Positions 1 through 9,810 of a DNA stretch of 64,000 nt are shown piece after piece (within the stretch, counting starts at the first letter, position 1; each line of letters opens with the position of its first letter). The translations under genes were made by a program, and so were the position numbers. The notes under the pieces were generated by a model, which made no database searches, was not told the origin of the DNA, and saw only the letters and a program-made list of their open reading frames with translations. The stretch comes from a virus (lineage: Duplodnaviria; Caudoviricetes): IMG/VR virus record IMGVR_UViG_3300028833_000064, positions 121,389 through 185,388 of that record; one strand, written 5' to 3'.

Positions 1-71
1 TTACGTGATTCGTTGTACAACTCAACCACTTTATTTCGTATAGTTTCTCTAATGTCCATAATATAATGTTT

Positions 72-284
72 TTACTTCAAATCGAATCCAAAATTTGCTC
101 CAGCAATATAGGCTTGTTCTATTTCCTTTCTCCACATACTTCTCAATTCCATTGTGTCCAACCGATGGTATAATTCACTTTCTATATTGAAAGAATAAAC
201 ACCGGCTTGCATTTTCAATCCTTCGTCAAAACCTTTATGTATACCACCATTTTCGTCGGTTATAACAATATCATTCTTCGTCAT
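72..284 (-). CDS. hypothetical phage protein
   Basis: ORF in tightly packed minus-strand run. Confidence 0.6.
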   Translation of the reverse strand: MTKNDIVITDENGGIHKGFDEGLKMQAGVYSFNIESELYHRLDTMELRSMWRKEIEQAYIAGANFGFDLK

Positions 285-591
285 TGTTGATTGGTTCTAA
301 TATATACCATTTGTCTGAAAGATTTCCATTTATTTTAACAGATTGCTTTTTATGGTTTTTTCCATATTCTATTACAGCACTTGAAGTTTGTGCATTTATA
401 ATAAAATCAGTAATAGAAGAATATGTCAAATCAAACGGAAGTTCCATAAACCTCTCACCAATTTTTATGGCTTTATAGTTACCATCAACCGGTTCCAATG
501 GAAATTGAAAACGAAGATTCCCAATTATTATCTGGACTTTTTTTACCTCCACCGGCGGTTCTTTGGTGTTTTTTCTTTTTAACGACCACAT
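271..591 (-). CDS. hypothetical phage protein
   Basis: 106 aa ORF overlapping next gene. Confidence 0.6.
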   Translation of the reverse strand: MWSLKRKNTKEPPVEVKKVQIIIGNLRFQFPLEPVDGNYKAIKIGERFMELPFDLTYSSITDFIINAQTSSAVIEYGKNHKKQSVKINGNLSDKWYILEPINNDEE

Positions 592-598
592 AGAACTT

Positions 599-811
599 TT
601 ATTTTCTTATTTTAGAAATTATCTTTAAAATAAATTTGTAAACCGGATATAGAATTATTATTATTATCGAACCAAACCAAACAATAGCAAAGAATAATGA
701 TACAGCTATAATTAAATCCCCATTAAAATCCGTACATTTGGCCATAAGAATTATAGATGTAACAAAAATGAAGAAAAACCCAGTAAGATAAATTATCCAA
801 TACACACTCAT
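599..811 (-). CDS. small membrane protein (2 TM)
   Basis: two hydrophobic segments, basic C-terminus. Confidence 0.6.
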   Translation of the reverse strand: MSVYWIIYLTGFFFIFVTSIILMAKCTDFNGDLIIAVSLFFAIVWFGSIIIIILYPVYKFILKIISKIRK

Positions 812-826
812 ATTTATATAATTTTA

Positions 827-1240
827 TTAACAAGCTACCTCATATAAACCTATTTTATTTTGAAGCTTACTGAAATCTCTTTCTAGTTCTTTACTTTTAT
901 CTTTTATATTATTTACAATCTGGTTTACTTCATCGAATTTCTCAGACGTTGATTCTTTCATCAAGAAACAAAGACCTTTTTCAATAAGTTCAATATACGG
1001 ACCACAGAAAGTGTCTTGGACAAGGAATTTTCCATAAATGTCGTGATATGAGTGAGTATACCCCCAATGATAGTTGCATCCGATACACAATGTGTCGATA
1101 CCGGTGGATGTCTTCGTAAACTTGACCATTTCTATACGGTCATTCATATCAAGGTCAAAGAAGACACGACCATCGTATTTTTCGGCAAGTTCGGGTGTAA
1201 TGTCGATTTCAGTTTTCAATATCTCATCTGTTTCTTCCAT
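827..1240 (-). CDS. hypothetical protein
   Basis: ORF; likely start MEETDE downstream of promoter-like TTTTTGTTATCTTT. Confidence 0.6.
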   Translation of the reverse strand: MEETDEILKTEIDITPELAEKYDGRVFFDLDMNDRIEMVKFTKTSTGIDTLCIGCNYHWGYTHSYHDIYGKFLVQDTFCGPYIELIEKGLCFLMKESTSEKFDEVNQIVNNIKDKSKELERDFSKLQNKIGLYEVAC

Positions 1241-1413
1241 AATGGTTTCTTTTATATTATAAAGATAACAAAAAATCACTCGTTTTTCATTTTTTCATCT
1301 TTAAAAATAACAAATATAATAGTGAAAAAATACAATTACAAAAAATATAAGAAAAAAATATAAAATAGTTTATATTATTTTATTCAAAATACGACCTTAT
1401 TGAATAAGTATTA

Positions 1414-2247
1414 CTATTGTTCATACCTAATCAATTCTTTTTTATTACTATCCCATTTATATCCCGCTTCATGTATTTTTCGAAATAAGAGGTCATATTG
1501 TTCCTTTGTTGCAGGAAAAACACTACTAAGTTCACCAAAATGGGATAACATGTGGTAAGTACTTTTTAGTGTAAGTTCTTCATTTGCATCAATACCAGCA
1601 TAATAGTAAGCAAGTCCATTATTATATCGGTTTTTATCATATATAAACGGATTGCCTTTTTTAGTTGCAAGCACATCACCATTTTTGGCATCTTTAATTG
1701 ACCAAAGGTGACAGTCATTTTCCTTATCAAAACCAATGGAATACCGTATTCCGTTATTATACGAAATTACTTCATACCAAGACTCACACACCTCTATGAT
1801 TTTGTAGATGCCCACACCATTCTGTACAACCCAGTCACCTACCTTGAATTTACAAATAGGTTTCTGTTCGTCTTGCTTTTCAAGATGTTTGAAAAGTTGT
1901 TTATCCAACAAAATATCAACCCCATTATCTCTTGCACACATTCCCCAAATATGACCATTATATTCAAATGATATTCCACTATATGGATTTGTTTTTTCAT
2001 CTTGTTTTTCAAGCCAATATATTAGGTGACTCTTTGGAATAGTATTAACGTAGTTATGGTCTGGGGAGCAATGCAAAAGTACTGCAACCTTTAAGGCATC
2101 AATAATCTTACTCTCTTCAATCTCTTCGAGTTCTGGAAAGAGTCTAAATATCTGTCTTGCAGCATCACAATCTTGTGAACCACAATCTTCTAGTTCTTGT
2201 TTGGCATATTTAAGAACTTTTTTATATTTTTCTTCATAGTTTTCCAT
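1414..2247 (-). CDS. hypothetical phage protein, C-terminal domain paralogous to 9241..9810
   Basis: shared motifs GDVLA and AT.EQ.D.LF.....GYKWD. Confidence 0.7.
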   Translation of the reverse strand: MENYEEKYKKVLKYAKQELEDCGSQDCDAARQIFRLFPELEEIEESKIIDALKVAVLLHCSPDHNYVNTIPKSHLIYWLEKQDEKTNPYSGISFEYNGHIWGMCARDNGVDILLDKQLFKHLEKQDEQKPICKFKVGDWVVQNGVGIYKIIEVCESWYEVISYNNGIRYSIGFDKENDCHLWSIKDAKNGDVLATKKGNPFIYDKNRYNNGLAYYYAGIDANEELTLKSTYHMLSHFGELSSVFPATKEQYDLLFRKIHEAGYKWDSNKKELIRYEQ

Positions 2248-2324
2248 AGTTGAATTTTATTATTTTTAAGTGTCATAATCACTAGTACCCTATAACCTTT
2301 TATATTATAGTCTATACATTATCT

Positions 2325-2603
2325 TTAACTTATAATATCACCAGATTTTAATGTATCGTTTGTGTTTATTGGATTGTTAGCGGCATCACAAACCGGCACA
2401 ATAGTTACCATACCTATGCCGAGATACTTATTATCAATGCAGTCATATTCCAAATTATTAGGGAGATTGTTGATACATCTTTCAATCTTACCATGCTTTA
2501 TCTCACTAATTTCCTCTCCCCACGGAGTCTTATAGTTATGGAGATAGAGACGAGTATAACCAGCTATAGGTTTCAATGAAAGGGAATTTTTAATTTTAGT
2601 CAT
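2325..2603 (-). CDS. hypothetical protein
   Basis: 92 aa ORF. Confidence 0.5.
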   Translation of the reverse strand: MTKIKNSLSLKPIAGYTRLYLHNYKTPWGEEISEIKHGKIERCINNLPNNLEYDCIDNKYLGIGMVTIVPVCDAANNPINTNDTLKSGDIIS

Positions 2604-2625
2604 TATTGTTTTACATTATCTCTGT

Positions 2626-3150
2626 TTATTCAAAATATGCCATTGCTTCATAGTTAAATCTCACAAATGGAATGTTGGAATCACACTGTGACTGAAGAAT
2701 ATCAGGCCATTGTTCCATTGGAGTGCCATCAAGAATCAACTTGTTGAGAGCATCTCCGAAAATGATGTTCTGTCTGATAACCTCATCTTCTGTTGTATCA
2801 AATCCATATTCACAAGCCTCTCTACTGTTGGATATGAACATAGATATGAAGAAACCGTGTAGTCCGTATCTGTCGGCAAAGTTACCGGCATAACACCAGA
2901 CTCCAATAATTCTTCTCTTTCTCAACATTTCAAGATGTGACCTGTCGATGCAGTATCCGTTCCAATGTTGGTTGAATAGACCAAGTTCACTTCCGTGCCC
3001 GAATAATAACAAATCATTGGAACTCCCTCTGAGAAGTTCTTTGATTTGATGTCCACTCGGATTTACAAGAAGATTTGTCTCCACACCAGATATTATATTG
3101 GTGTAAAAACTTGTATCAGGACGACTGTCAATTACTATTGCATCTAACAT
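2626..3150 (-). CDS. hypothetical protein (possible caspase/CHAT-like fold)
   Basis: FGHGS and GVWCYA motifs; directly downstream of a Bacteroidota-type promoter. Confidence 0.55.
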   Translation of the reverse strand: MLDAIVIDSRPDTSFYTNIISGVETNLLVNPSGHQIKELLRGSSNDLLLFGHGSELGLFNQHWNGYCIDRSHLEMLRKRRIIGVWCYAGNFADRYGLHGFFISMFISNSREACEYGFDTTEDEVIRQNIIFGDALNKLILDGTPMEQWPDILQSQCDSNIPFVRFNYEAMAYFE

Positions 3151-3170
3151 ATCATTGTATATTTTCTCGT

Positions 3171-3219
3171 TGCAAAGATACGAACTTTTTTTGAATTACC
3201 AAACTTTTTTTCAAAAAAA
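3171..3219 (-). promoter_or_regulatory. Bacteroidota sigma-A-type early promoter, copy 1 of 3
   Basis: minus strand TTTG-GTAATTCAAAAAAAGTTCG-TATCTTTG matches the -33 TTTG / -7 TAnnTTTG consensus; near-identical copies at 27800 and 30057. Confidence 0.8.
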
Positions 3220-3257
3220 AATTATTTTTTATATAAAATCAAATCAATAAATACTTT

Positions 3258-3563
3258 ATGGGATATGTATATTTGATTTGTGACAGTAAGAATGAGTATT
3301 ATAAAATAGGTGTCACTACAGGAAAAATTGAAAATCGTATTAAACAATTACAGACGGGCAATGGTACTGAGTTATTCATTCGTGATTATTTCGAAACTGA
3401 ATATCCGTTTAAACTCGAAAAACTCCTGCATAACAAATTCATTACAAAAAAAGTATTGAATGAATGGTTTATGCTTTCCGTTGAGGATGTATGTGGATTC
3501 AAGAACACATGCAAAGAACTTCAGCACACAATTGAAGTTCTACTAAATAATCCATTTTTTTAA
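3258..3563 (+). CDS. GIY-YIG-like (T5orf172/MUG113) protein
   Basis: GYVYLI...YKIG.T...RIKQLQTG...E..LH...EWF; TAAATA upstream. Confidence 0.8.
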   Translation: MGYVYLICDSKNEYYKIGVTTGKIENRIKQLQTGNGTELFIRDYFETEYPFKLEKLLHNKFITKKVLNEWFMLSVEDVCGFKNTCKELQHTIEVLLNNPFF

Positions 3564-3573
3564 ACGTTTCATA

Positions 3574-3972
3574 CTATTTTATATCTAAAAATTCAACTTC
3601 AATCGTATCATTGATATTGACTTTGTTACCATTTAGTTGGGTTTCATCAAAATAAACTTCCACCTTATATTCATGGTCGAGCATTATAATCACACCATCA
3701 CAGATGTATTGTCTTCGATTGTGAAAATGTACGGGCTCTACTTTTGTATAGTTTGAATTTATAATTGTACCATAGTCTTCTATCACAAATTTTGGGTTGC
3801 ATTTGTTTCTATAAAAAACCCTCATCCCATTTTTAAGTGGAAGTGGTTTCCAAATAGTTATGTTTGTCCCATCCTCGAAATTTATTTGAGTTGGTTCATC
3901 AAATACCGTACCCTCCGGAAGAGTACGGTATTCTTCGATTGTCATAGTGACCTCCTTAATTTTTCTTTTCAT
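3574..3972 (-). CDS. hypothetical protein
   Basis: 132 aa ORF. Confidence 0.6.
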   Translation of the reverse strand: MKRKIKEVTMTIEEYRTLPEGTVFDEPTQINFEDGTNITIWKPLPLKNGMRVFYRNKCNPKFVIEDYGTIINSNYTKVEPVHFHNRRQYICDGVIIMLDHEYKVEVYFDETQLNGNKVNINDTIEVEFLDIK

Positions 3973-4660
3973 CGATACACATCAATGTATATTTTATAGC
4001 TTCGTTTATAGCATCAATTTTTGAATACTTATATCTACACTCTTTGCTTATAATATCATCAAACATATCGTCGACTTTTTTTCCGAATCTATCATAGACA
4101 GACCATACATATTTCATAGTATCGTCATATTCATATGATATACCGATTTCGTATCCAAACTCCTTTTTCAACCATTGGAGTGCTGCAAAGAGTGTTGGTG
4201 CATACACAATATTCCCATTTTTCTTTTTATCTCCATACACAAGTTTTTCAATATTTTTCCTTGATGAAGGCCATGCACTATGTTCATAATACATTAAAGT
4301 TTCTTTGTCGAAACCCTTTTCCTTCATAAGTTCAGCGACAGAAAAGTCAACAACTATTACCTCATCTTTTAACATTTTAGATATAACCTTCATATTGTCA
4401 TTGATACTCGACCATCCACTCTCATCCAAGTAATTAATAAAATGGAATGGTAAATATACGAAATAGAGCACTAGAAGGAGTGGCCAAAATAATGTGGTTA
4501 AAAAACTTAACATCCCGAAATCTGGGACATAATCACCATAAGATATACCTGTGTTGTTGAAGAGTTTATTGAAGTACTTTGATTTCTTGTTCAAATACAC
4601 TATCCCAGCAAGTATTAATATGCCGATTACAAAATATAATACTATAAAAAATACTACCAT
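3956..4660 (-). CDS. membrane protein fused to a domain paralogous to 10541..10930
   Basis: N-terminal TM helices; C-terminal A.L..EKGF...PT....WL...IKY shared with 10541..10930. Confidence 0.65.
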   Translation of the reverse strand: MVVFFIVLYFVIGILILAGIVYLNKKSKYFNKLFNNTGISYGDYVPDFGMLSFLTTLFWPLLLVLYFVYLPFHFINYLDESGWSSINDNMKVISKMLKDEVIVVDFSVAELMKEKGFDKETLMYYEHSAWPSSRKNIEKLVYGDKKKNGNIVYAPTLFAALQWLKKEFGYEIGISYEYDDTMKYVWSVYDRFGKKVDDMFDDIISKECRYKYSKIDAINEAIKYTLMCIDEKKN

Positions 4661-4701
4661 AATATTTTACTTTTTTTTAATTTAAAATATGAATTTTTAT
4701 A

Positions 4702-5019
4702 TCAGAATTTTAAAAACAGATACAATATCAGAAATAGAACGAACATACCCACTCCAAGATAAAATCGAAAGTCATATATCCCAAAGTGAAACAAATTTAT
4801 AAGGGCAATAAAAAAACCCCCAATCGAAAAAAATATAGACACTACTCTTATGAGTATTACATATTCAAAATCATCGTCATCTTCATAACCACCGTCATAT
4901 TTGTAACTCGAATCCATATCTTTATCAAAATCTTCGTCTTCACAATATGGGTCGTTTTCTGGGTCAAGGTTTCCAGCACAATGGTGAATCCACCACGGGT
5001 TTATTATAAAAGGTATCAT
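4702..5019 (-). CDS. membrane protein
   Basis: acidic linker plus two TM helices; likely start MIPF. Confidence 0.55.
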   Translation of the reverse strand: MIPFIINPWWIHHCAGNLDPENDPYCEDEDFDKDMDSSYKYDGGYEDDDDFEYVILIRVVSIFFSIGGFFIALINLFHFGIYDFRFYLGVGMFVLFLILYLFLKF

Positions 5020-5057
5020 AATTTTTTTTATAAAGATACTATTTTTTTTTAATAAAA

Positions 5058-5273
5058 TCAATCCAATTTGCAAAATGGTTCCTTTGTCCATAATTCACAA
5101 ATGTTGTTACAATCTTTTATAATTTCATTTTTAGGTTCCTTGCAGTCGTGATTATGACAGACCCAACAACAACATTTTGACATCAAGTCACAAAACCTGA
5201 ATATCTCCCCTTTTGTACCGTTTACGTTTGTCGTGTATTCGATACCATATCTGCATTTTATTCTTTTTTTCAT
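5058..5273 (-). CDS. Cys-rich hypothetical protein
   Basis: coupled ORF. Confidence 0.5.
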   Translation of the reverse strand: MKKRIKCRYGIEYTTNVNGTKGEIFRFCDLMSKCCCWVCHNHDCKEPKNEIIKDCNNICELWTKEPFCKLD

Positions 5274-5521
5274 CTTCTACCATAACCACAATATCCACAC
5301 TCACCACCACTAAGTGACATCCCACAGAACGGACATTCGTTATCCTCACTGCCTTCATTCTCCATCTCTATACTTTCTATAACCGAAAGTACGTTATTAA
5401 ACACCTCTTCTTTACCATGACAATGGATGTACATCCAGTCACTTTGATTGCCTTGTTCTTTTGCTGTGGATTTTAATTCATTGATTCTTTTCTTTAATAA
5501 TTTTGTGTCTATCAGTCCCAT
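5270..5521 (-). CDS. hypothetical protein with C-terminal Zn ribbon
   Basis: CPFC...CGYC. Confidence 0.6.
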   Translation of the reverse strand: MGLIDTKLLKKRINELKSTAKEQGNQSDWMYIHCHGKEEVFNNVLSVIESIEMENEGSEDNECPFCGMSLSGGECGYCGYGRR

Positions 5522-5635
5522 TTTTTCTTTCTTTTAATTCATCGGAATCGATTCCGAAAGCGGCTATACAAAACTCATCGTAAGACATTTCCTTTACTGG
5601 TTGATGTTTCGTAAAATCAATTTCTATAAACGTAC

Positions 5636-6160
5636 TCATACTTTCTTTTTTTCGTCATGTATATTACCTATTACTTCGGCAAACAACAAATCATTCTCGT
5701 TTTCAATAAATGGAAACTCATCTTTATTCAAGATATTGAAATACATATCAATGATTTTAGATGGGGTTGTGACTCTAAATTCACTCGATAATAAACTCAA
5801 AGGAATGTCACTATCAACGGTGATAAATTCTCCATTTTCGAATTTTACCTCATCTTCAACTTTTACAATATCTTCTTCTTGTTGTGGATAATTAAATATA
5901 TCTATTGTTAATCCTCTAACTTGATAAAAAACGATAATATCATGTTCATATATCATATTGCCGTTTTTATCGGTTAAACCGGAACATTCACCTACTGTGT
6001 TAGGGTCAACCTCATACTCTTCACCATCTTTTGTTAGAATAATATAATGGTTTATCTGACCACGATGGTGTGTACCTTGTTCGACTCTTTCGAAATACCA
6101 ACCATATACCCATTTTGAATCACGGATACATTTTCCTCTAAATATTATTTCTCTTTTCAT
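5636..6160 (-). CDS. YopX family protein
   Basis: MKREIIFRGK...WVYG...TVGECSGLTDKNG..IYEHDI...EVIGNIHD. Confidence 0.85.
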   Translation of the reverse strand: MKREIIFRGKCIRDSKWVYGWYFERVEQGTHHRGQINHYIILTKDGEEYEVDPNTVGECSGLTDKNGNMIYEHDIIVFYQVRGLTIDIFNYPQQEEDIVKVEDEVKFENGEFITVDSDIPLSLLSSEFRVTTPSKIIDMYFNILNKDEFPFIENENDLLFAEVIGNIHDEKKKV

Positions 6161-6482
6161 TTGGTAAAAATATTTCTTTAACAGGGTCTCTAGCATCTTC
6201 CCAATCCGGACTATAATTAAATGTGTCTTGAAAAACTTCTTTCATTTTTTCCAATTTCAAAGTTTCCCTCTCCATTTTATCAATAAACTCATCTTTTTTG
6301 TCTAAATCGAATGTACCATCATCTTTCGTACAAGATGTTCCAATCCCCGCTATTCTAGCGTTAATTTCATTATAAATTGTCTTATATACGTAATGTACAG
6401 CATCTCTCTTAAAATCATCAGATACTATATAACTATTTATAATTGATGTTACTATATTTTCACCAACAACTTTTCTATCCAT
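6138..6482 (-). CDS. hypothetical protein
   Basis: 114 aa ORF. Confidence 0.55.
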   Translation of the reverse strand: MDRKVVGENIVTSIINSYIVSDDFKRDAVHYVYKTIYNEINARIAGIGTSCTKDDGTFDLDKKDEFIDKMERETLKLEKMKEVFQDTFNYSPDWEDARDPVKEIFLPNEKRNNI

Positions 6483-6494
6483 AATTTTTATATT

Positions 6495-6878
6495 TTATAA
6501 AACGAAATCAAATTCAATCCCAATATCATTCATAACATGTTGTAAATGATGTAAACCTTCAACTTTTTTTACAGTATAACCATCTATACAACAGAACATA
6601 CCAGCATTGTCAACCACGATTTTTATAGTTTTATCACCGATTGTCTTCGACCATTCGTGATACTCATAGTAGTCACTATCACCGTATCTAAGTTTAAATT
6701 CATTCTTTTCGAAAAACTCATCCGACAGAGGAATTGGACGGATACAATCCAAACTATAAATCTCACCATCGACACCAATAGCACCATCTGCTTCTGATAT
6801 GTAGTCTATTCTATGCCCCTTACATTCTGGTTCGTGTATAAACACGAAATCACCTATCATAAATTCATTTATCTTCAT
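6495..6878 (-). CDS. hypothetical phage protein
   Basis: MIGD.V...IRPIPLS..FFEKN.F...LHHLQ motif typical of small phage proteins. Confidence 0.65.
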   Translation of the reverse strand: MKINEFMIGDFVFIHEPECKGHRIDYISEADGAIGVDGEIYSLDCIRPIPLSDEFFEKNEFKLRYGDSDYYEYHEWSKTIGDKTIKIVVDNAGMFCCIDGYTVKKVEGLHHLQHVMNDIGIEFDFVL

Positions 6879-7092
6879 ATAATTCCTCTTTTAATTCTTT
6901 CCATGTAAGATTTCTATAACACATTGGATGAATATTGCTTTGAAGATTGAGATATGGATAAATCCAACCTGATTTATATAGTCCATCAAAAGAAAAATTT
7001 TCATTCACTTTGAAAAAAGGACTTTTTTCATCTCCATGTTTTTCAACCATTTCATCCAAAAGAATCTTTAAAAGTTTATGTTTGTCAATCAT
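6865..7092 (-). CDS. hypothetical protein
   Basis: coupled ORF. Confidence 0.55.
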   Translation of the reverse strand: MIDKHKLLKILLDEMVEKHGDEKSPFFKVNENFSFDGLYKSGWIYPYLNLQSNIHPMCYRNLTWKELKEELYEDK

Positions 7093-7103
7093 TTTATTCT
7101 GTT

Positions 7104-7241
7104 TTAGTATATATTTTTATCATGCTCTTTGTGCCACTCTTTAACAGACTTATGCATCAGACTCGGTAACAATTGTCCATTACAATCCCAATGTCTGTTT
7201 GGATGGTGAACACATTACTCGACACTAACCTTTTTCTTCAT
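7104..7241 (-). pseudogene. duplicated C-terminal remnant of 7429..8019
   Basis: reads MKKKVSVE*CVHHPNRHWDCNGQLLPSLMHKSVKEWHKEHDKNIY versus CIHYPNEYWSINGGLQPSLMNKSVKEWHQEHDKNI. Confidence 0.75.
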
Positions 7242-7432
7242 TTATTACCCTTTATACAATATTCAAGTTCTTTGAGTGAGGTTCCGTTTCCACAATCTTC
7301 TGTTATTTTACCACAATATGTTGGAACAAATTCTTCTGGTGATGAATATGGATAGAAATGGTGTACTGCATTTCTCTCATATATACACTTGTCACAATTC
7401 TTGCAATATTTTTCTATAAACTTTTCTGTCAT
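7238..7432 (-). CDS. Cys-rich hypothetical protein
   Basis: coupled ORF. Confidence 0.55.
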   Translation of the reverse strand: MTEKFIEKYCKNCDKCIYERNAVHHFYPYSSPEEFVPTYCGKITEDCGNGTSLKELEYCIKGNK

Positions 7433-8019
7433 ATATTTTTATCATGTTCTTGGTGCCACTCTTTAACAGACTTGTTCATCAGACTCGGTTGAAGACCACC
7501 GTTTATACTCCAGTATTCATTCGGATAGTGTATACAACTACTAGTTATACTATTGCCTTTATATTCAGCAATTGTTATTGCAAACGGGTTTTTATTATTT
7601 ACAATATATTCTAGCACTTCGTCACACTCTTTGTCTGACATAAAATGTTTTGCTTCACATATGTTTCGTGTATTGGTAAGTTCTCCGTCTTTGAAATCTT
7701 TTACAAAAACTGAATTTACATCACCATATAACATCGAAGTACAAGAACGCCAAGGATGACCATTAACATATTCTGGTGTTATTTTAACGACGATTATACA
7801 TGTTCTTAGTTCTTCAAAATCACTCTCAGATACGAGACCTAAACCAGGTACATTATACTTATACACAAACGGGGTTCTCATAAACCCACAATGTTCTTTC
7901 AATCTGCATTTAGTCATACAGAAATCATACATATCCTCAACAGATGTGTAAGAATATCTGCACCGACATATATCTTTTAAATGATTTACTTTTTCACACC
8001 ATTCGTCACCAATTAACAT
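7429..8019 (-). CDS. hypothetical protein
   Basis: 196 aa ORF. Confidence 0.65.
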   Translation of the reverse strand: MLIGDEWCEKVNHLKDICRCRYSYTSVEDMYDFCMTKCRLKEHCGFMRTPFVYKYNVPGLGLVSESDFEELRTCIIVVKITPEYVNGHPWRSCTSMLYGDVNSVFVKDFKDGELTNTRNICEAKHFMSDKECDEVLEYIVNNKNPFAITIAEYKGNSITSSCIHYPNEYWSINGGLQPSLMNKSVKEWHQEHDKNI

Positions 8020-8024
8020 ACATC

Positions 8025-8741
8025 CTATACTTTTTTAATTGCTATTAATCTTAACCACGGGTTGTCTCTATCATAGTCTTCAAATTCCTCGTATTCCCTA
8101 CCACCAATGTATTCTTCTACTGCATTATCCATCTTTATAAAATTATCGTTATCAAAAATAGCAAATATGGAAAACTCACTATATGGTATGGAATCCTCGT
8201 TTATAGACCATTTGAAACTTTTTACATCCGTATCTCCGGACAAAAGTTTGTCTATTTTGAAAATCAATATACGTACACTGTTGTCGTCTCTTTCCAACTT
8301 AGAAAACTCAATGAAATTTTCGTCACCTCTGTTTTTATATACGACAGCCCTTCCCATCTCATTACATTGGGTAAAACGATTACCAATGAAGATTTGATAT
8401 TTACATTGGATACATCCTGTACTTGGAAAATTGTCTTCAAATATAAAGATGTCAAGATACTTGTCGGTGTTTTTAATACCATACGTTAATTCAAATCTCT
8501 CTTTCATCTGATTATATAAAGATAAAACAGATGTTAAATCGTTTAAATCAGATTTTTTTTGAAGTTCTCTGATTTCGGAAAAATCTTTCGCCACACCGAG
8601 TGGAACCATGTCGTTGTTGTTACTATAAAGTATGACATTCCCATCTTCAATTCTGCAAAAGAAACTACCCTTGAAGAAAAGTGTTCCAATTTTACATAGT
8701 CTTGGACTCCATCCATCATCAACTAACTCTTTTTCTGTCAT
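8025..8741 (-). CDS. hypothetical protein
   Basis: 238 aa ORF. Confidence 0.65.
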   Translation of the reverse strand: MTEKELVDDGWSPRLCKIGTLFFKGSFFCRIEDGNVILYSNNNDMVPLGVAKDFSEIRELQKKSDLNDLTSVLSLYNQMKERFELTYGIKNTDKYLDIFIFEDNFPSTGCIQCKYQIFIGNRFTQCNEMGRAVVYKNRGDENFIEFSKLERDDNSVRILIFKIDKLLSGDTDVKSFKWSINEDSIPYSEFSIFAIFDNDNFIKMDNAVEEYIGGREYEEFEDYDRDNPWLRLIAIKKV

Positions 8742-8750
8742 ATTATTCTT

Positions 8751-9224
8751 TTAAAAACTCCACAAATCTTTTTCTTTCAGTTCTATGACTCTTCCATCAG
8801 TATGTTCATCAAATGTCCCGTTTTTAATTTTTTCTTCTTGTTCGTCGGTGACGGCGGCATACATTCCAGAATAGATGGAACTTATACATGCTTCGTATTT
8901 ACAGTCTTTATTTGAACATTTGTGTTCATATTTAAGTGGAGAGGTAAGGTATGCACCACCATGGGTTTCCAATGGACTACCACAATCAGGACACCGTAAA
9001 ACTATGTGTACCGGATGACGTGGTTCTACTTTTTCCACATCTCTAATTGGTCTAGACCATGGTTTATATTCAAACCGTGAATCCATTTCCTCCTTTGTTA
9101 TCTCAATCTTGTAACCGTCATTCATACGATACATCTCATGATACTCAGTATTTCCGATAACATACATTGCACCACTAAACCAAAACTCACCGGTTGTTTT
9201 TTCAATAAATCTCGCTCTTGCCAT
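8751..9224 (-). CDS. Zn-ribbon hypothetical protein
   Basis: CPDC...CSNKDC. Confidence 0.65.
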   Translation of the reverse strand: MARARFIEKTTGEFWFSGAMYVIGNTEYHEMYRMNDGYKIEITKEEMDSRFEYKPWSRPIRDVEKVEPRHPVHIVLRCPDCGSPLETHGGAYLTSPLKYEHKCSNKDCKYEACISSIYSGMYAAVTDEQEEKIKNGTFDEHTDGRVIELKEKDLWSF

Positions 9225-9240
9225 ATTTTTATTGTTTTTT

Positions 9241-9810
9241 TCATATTTTTATCAGACATAGGTTCTGTGAATCCCATTTATACCCACATTCCTTCATCCT
9301 TTTGAACAATCGGTCTTTCTGTTCTTCTGTTGCCTTTTGTACTTCATTAACATATAACCAACTACCGGTCCGTCTGTTTGTTATATGAAATTTCCCTTCA
9401 ACAGCATCAAGACAGCAATAAGAATTTAATGTGACTTTATCTTCATTTTCAAATCCACCATTGATGAATACACACCCATGTCTATTTGCAAGGACATCAC
9501 CAATTTTGAAAATTTCGTCATCTACTTCTACAACTTGAATAAAATTTTGGAAAAGTTGTTTCGGTGTTATATGGAACTTTTTATTCAAGATATTGTCACT
9601 TCTACCGACATATATGTCGTCATTGGTATATTCTAACCAATAAGTTTCTCCTTTTGAAAATCCATTGAATGAATTCACACATCTAATGAATTTCCCAGAA
9701 ACATATTCATACTTTTCGTTTTCTGCCTCTCGTATGTTATCCGATATTTCTACCATTTTATCTTTTATTTTATCTTTTATTTTATCTTTTGAGTATATAC
9801 AAATCTCCAC
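9241..9810 (-). CDS. hypothetical phage protein (paralogue of 1414..2247 C-terminus)
   Basis: shared C-terminal motif. Confidence 0.65.
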   Translation of the reverse strand: MEICIYSKDKIKDKIKDKMVEISDNIREAENEKYEYVSGKFIRCVNSFNGFSKGETYWLEYTNDDIYVGRSDNILNKKFHITPKQLFQNFIQVVEVDDEIFKIGDVLANRHGCVFINGGFENEDKVTLNSYCCLDAVEGKFHITNRRTGSWLYVNEVQKATEEQKDRLFKRMKECGYKWDSQNLCLIKI

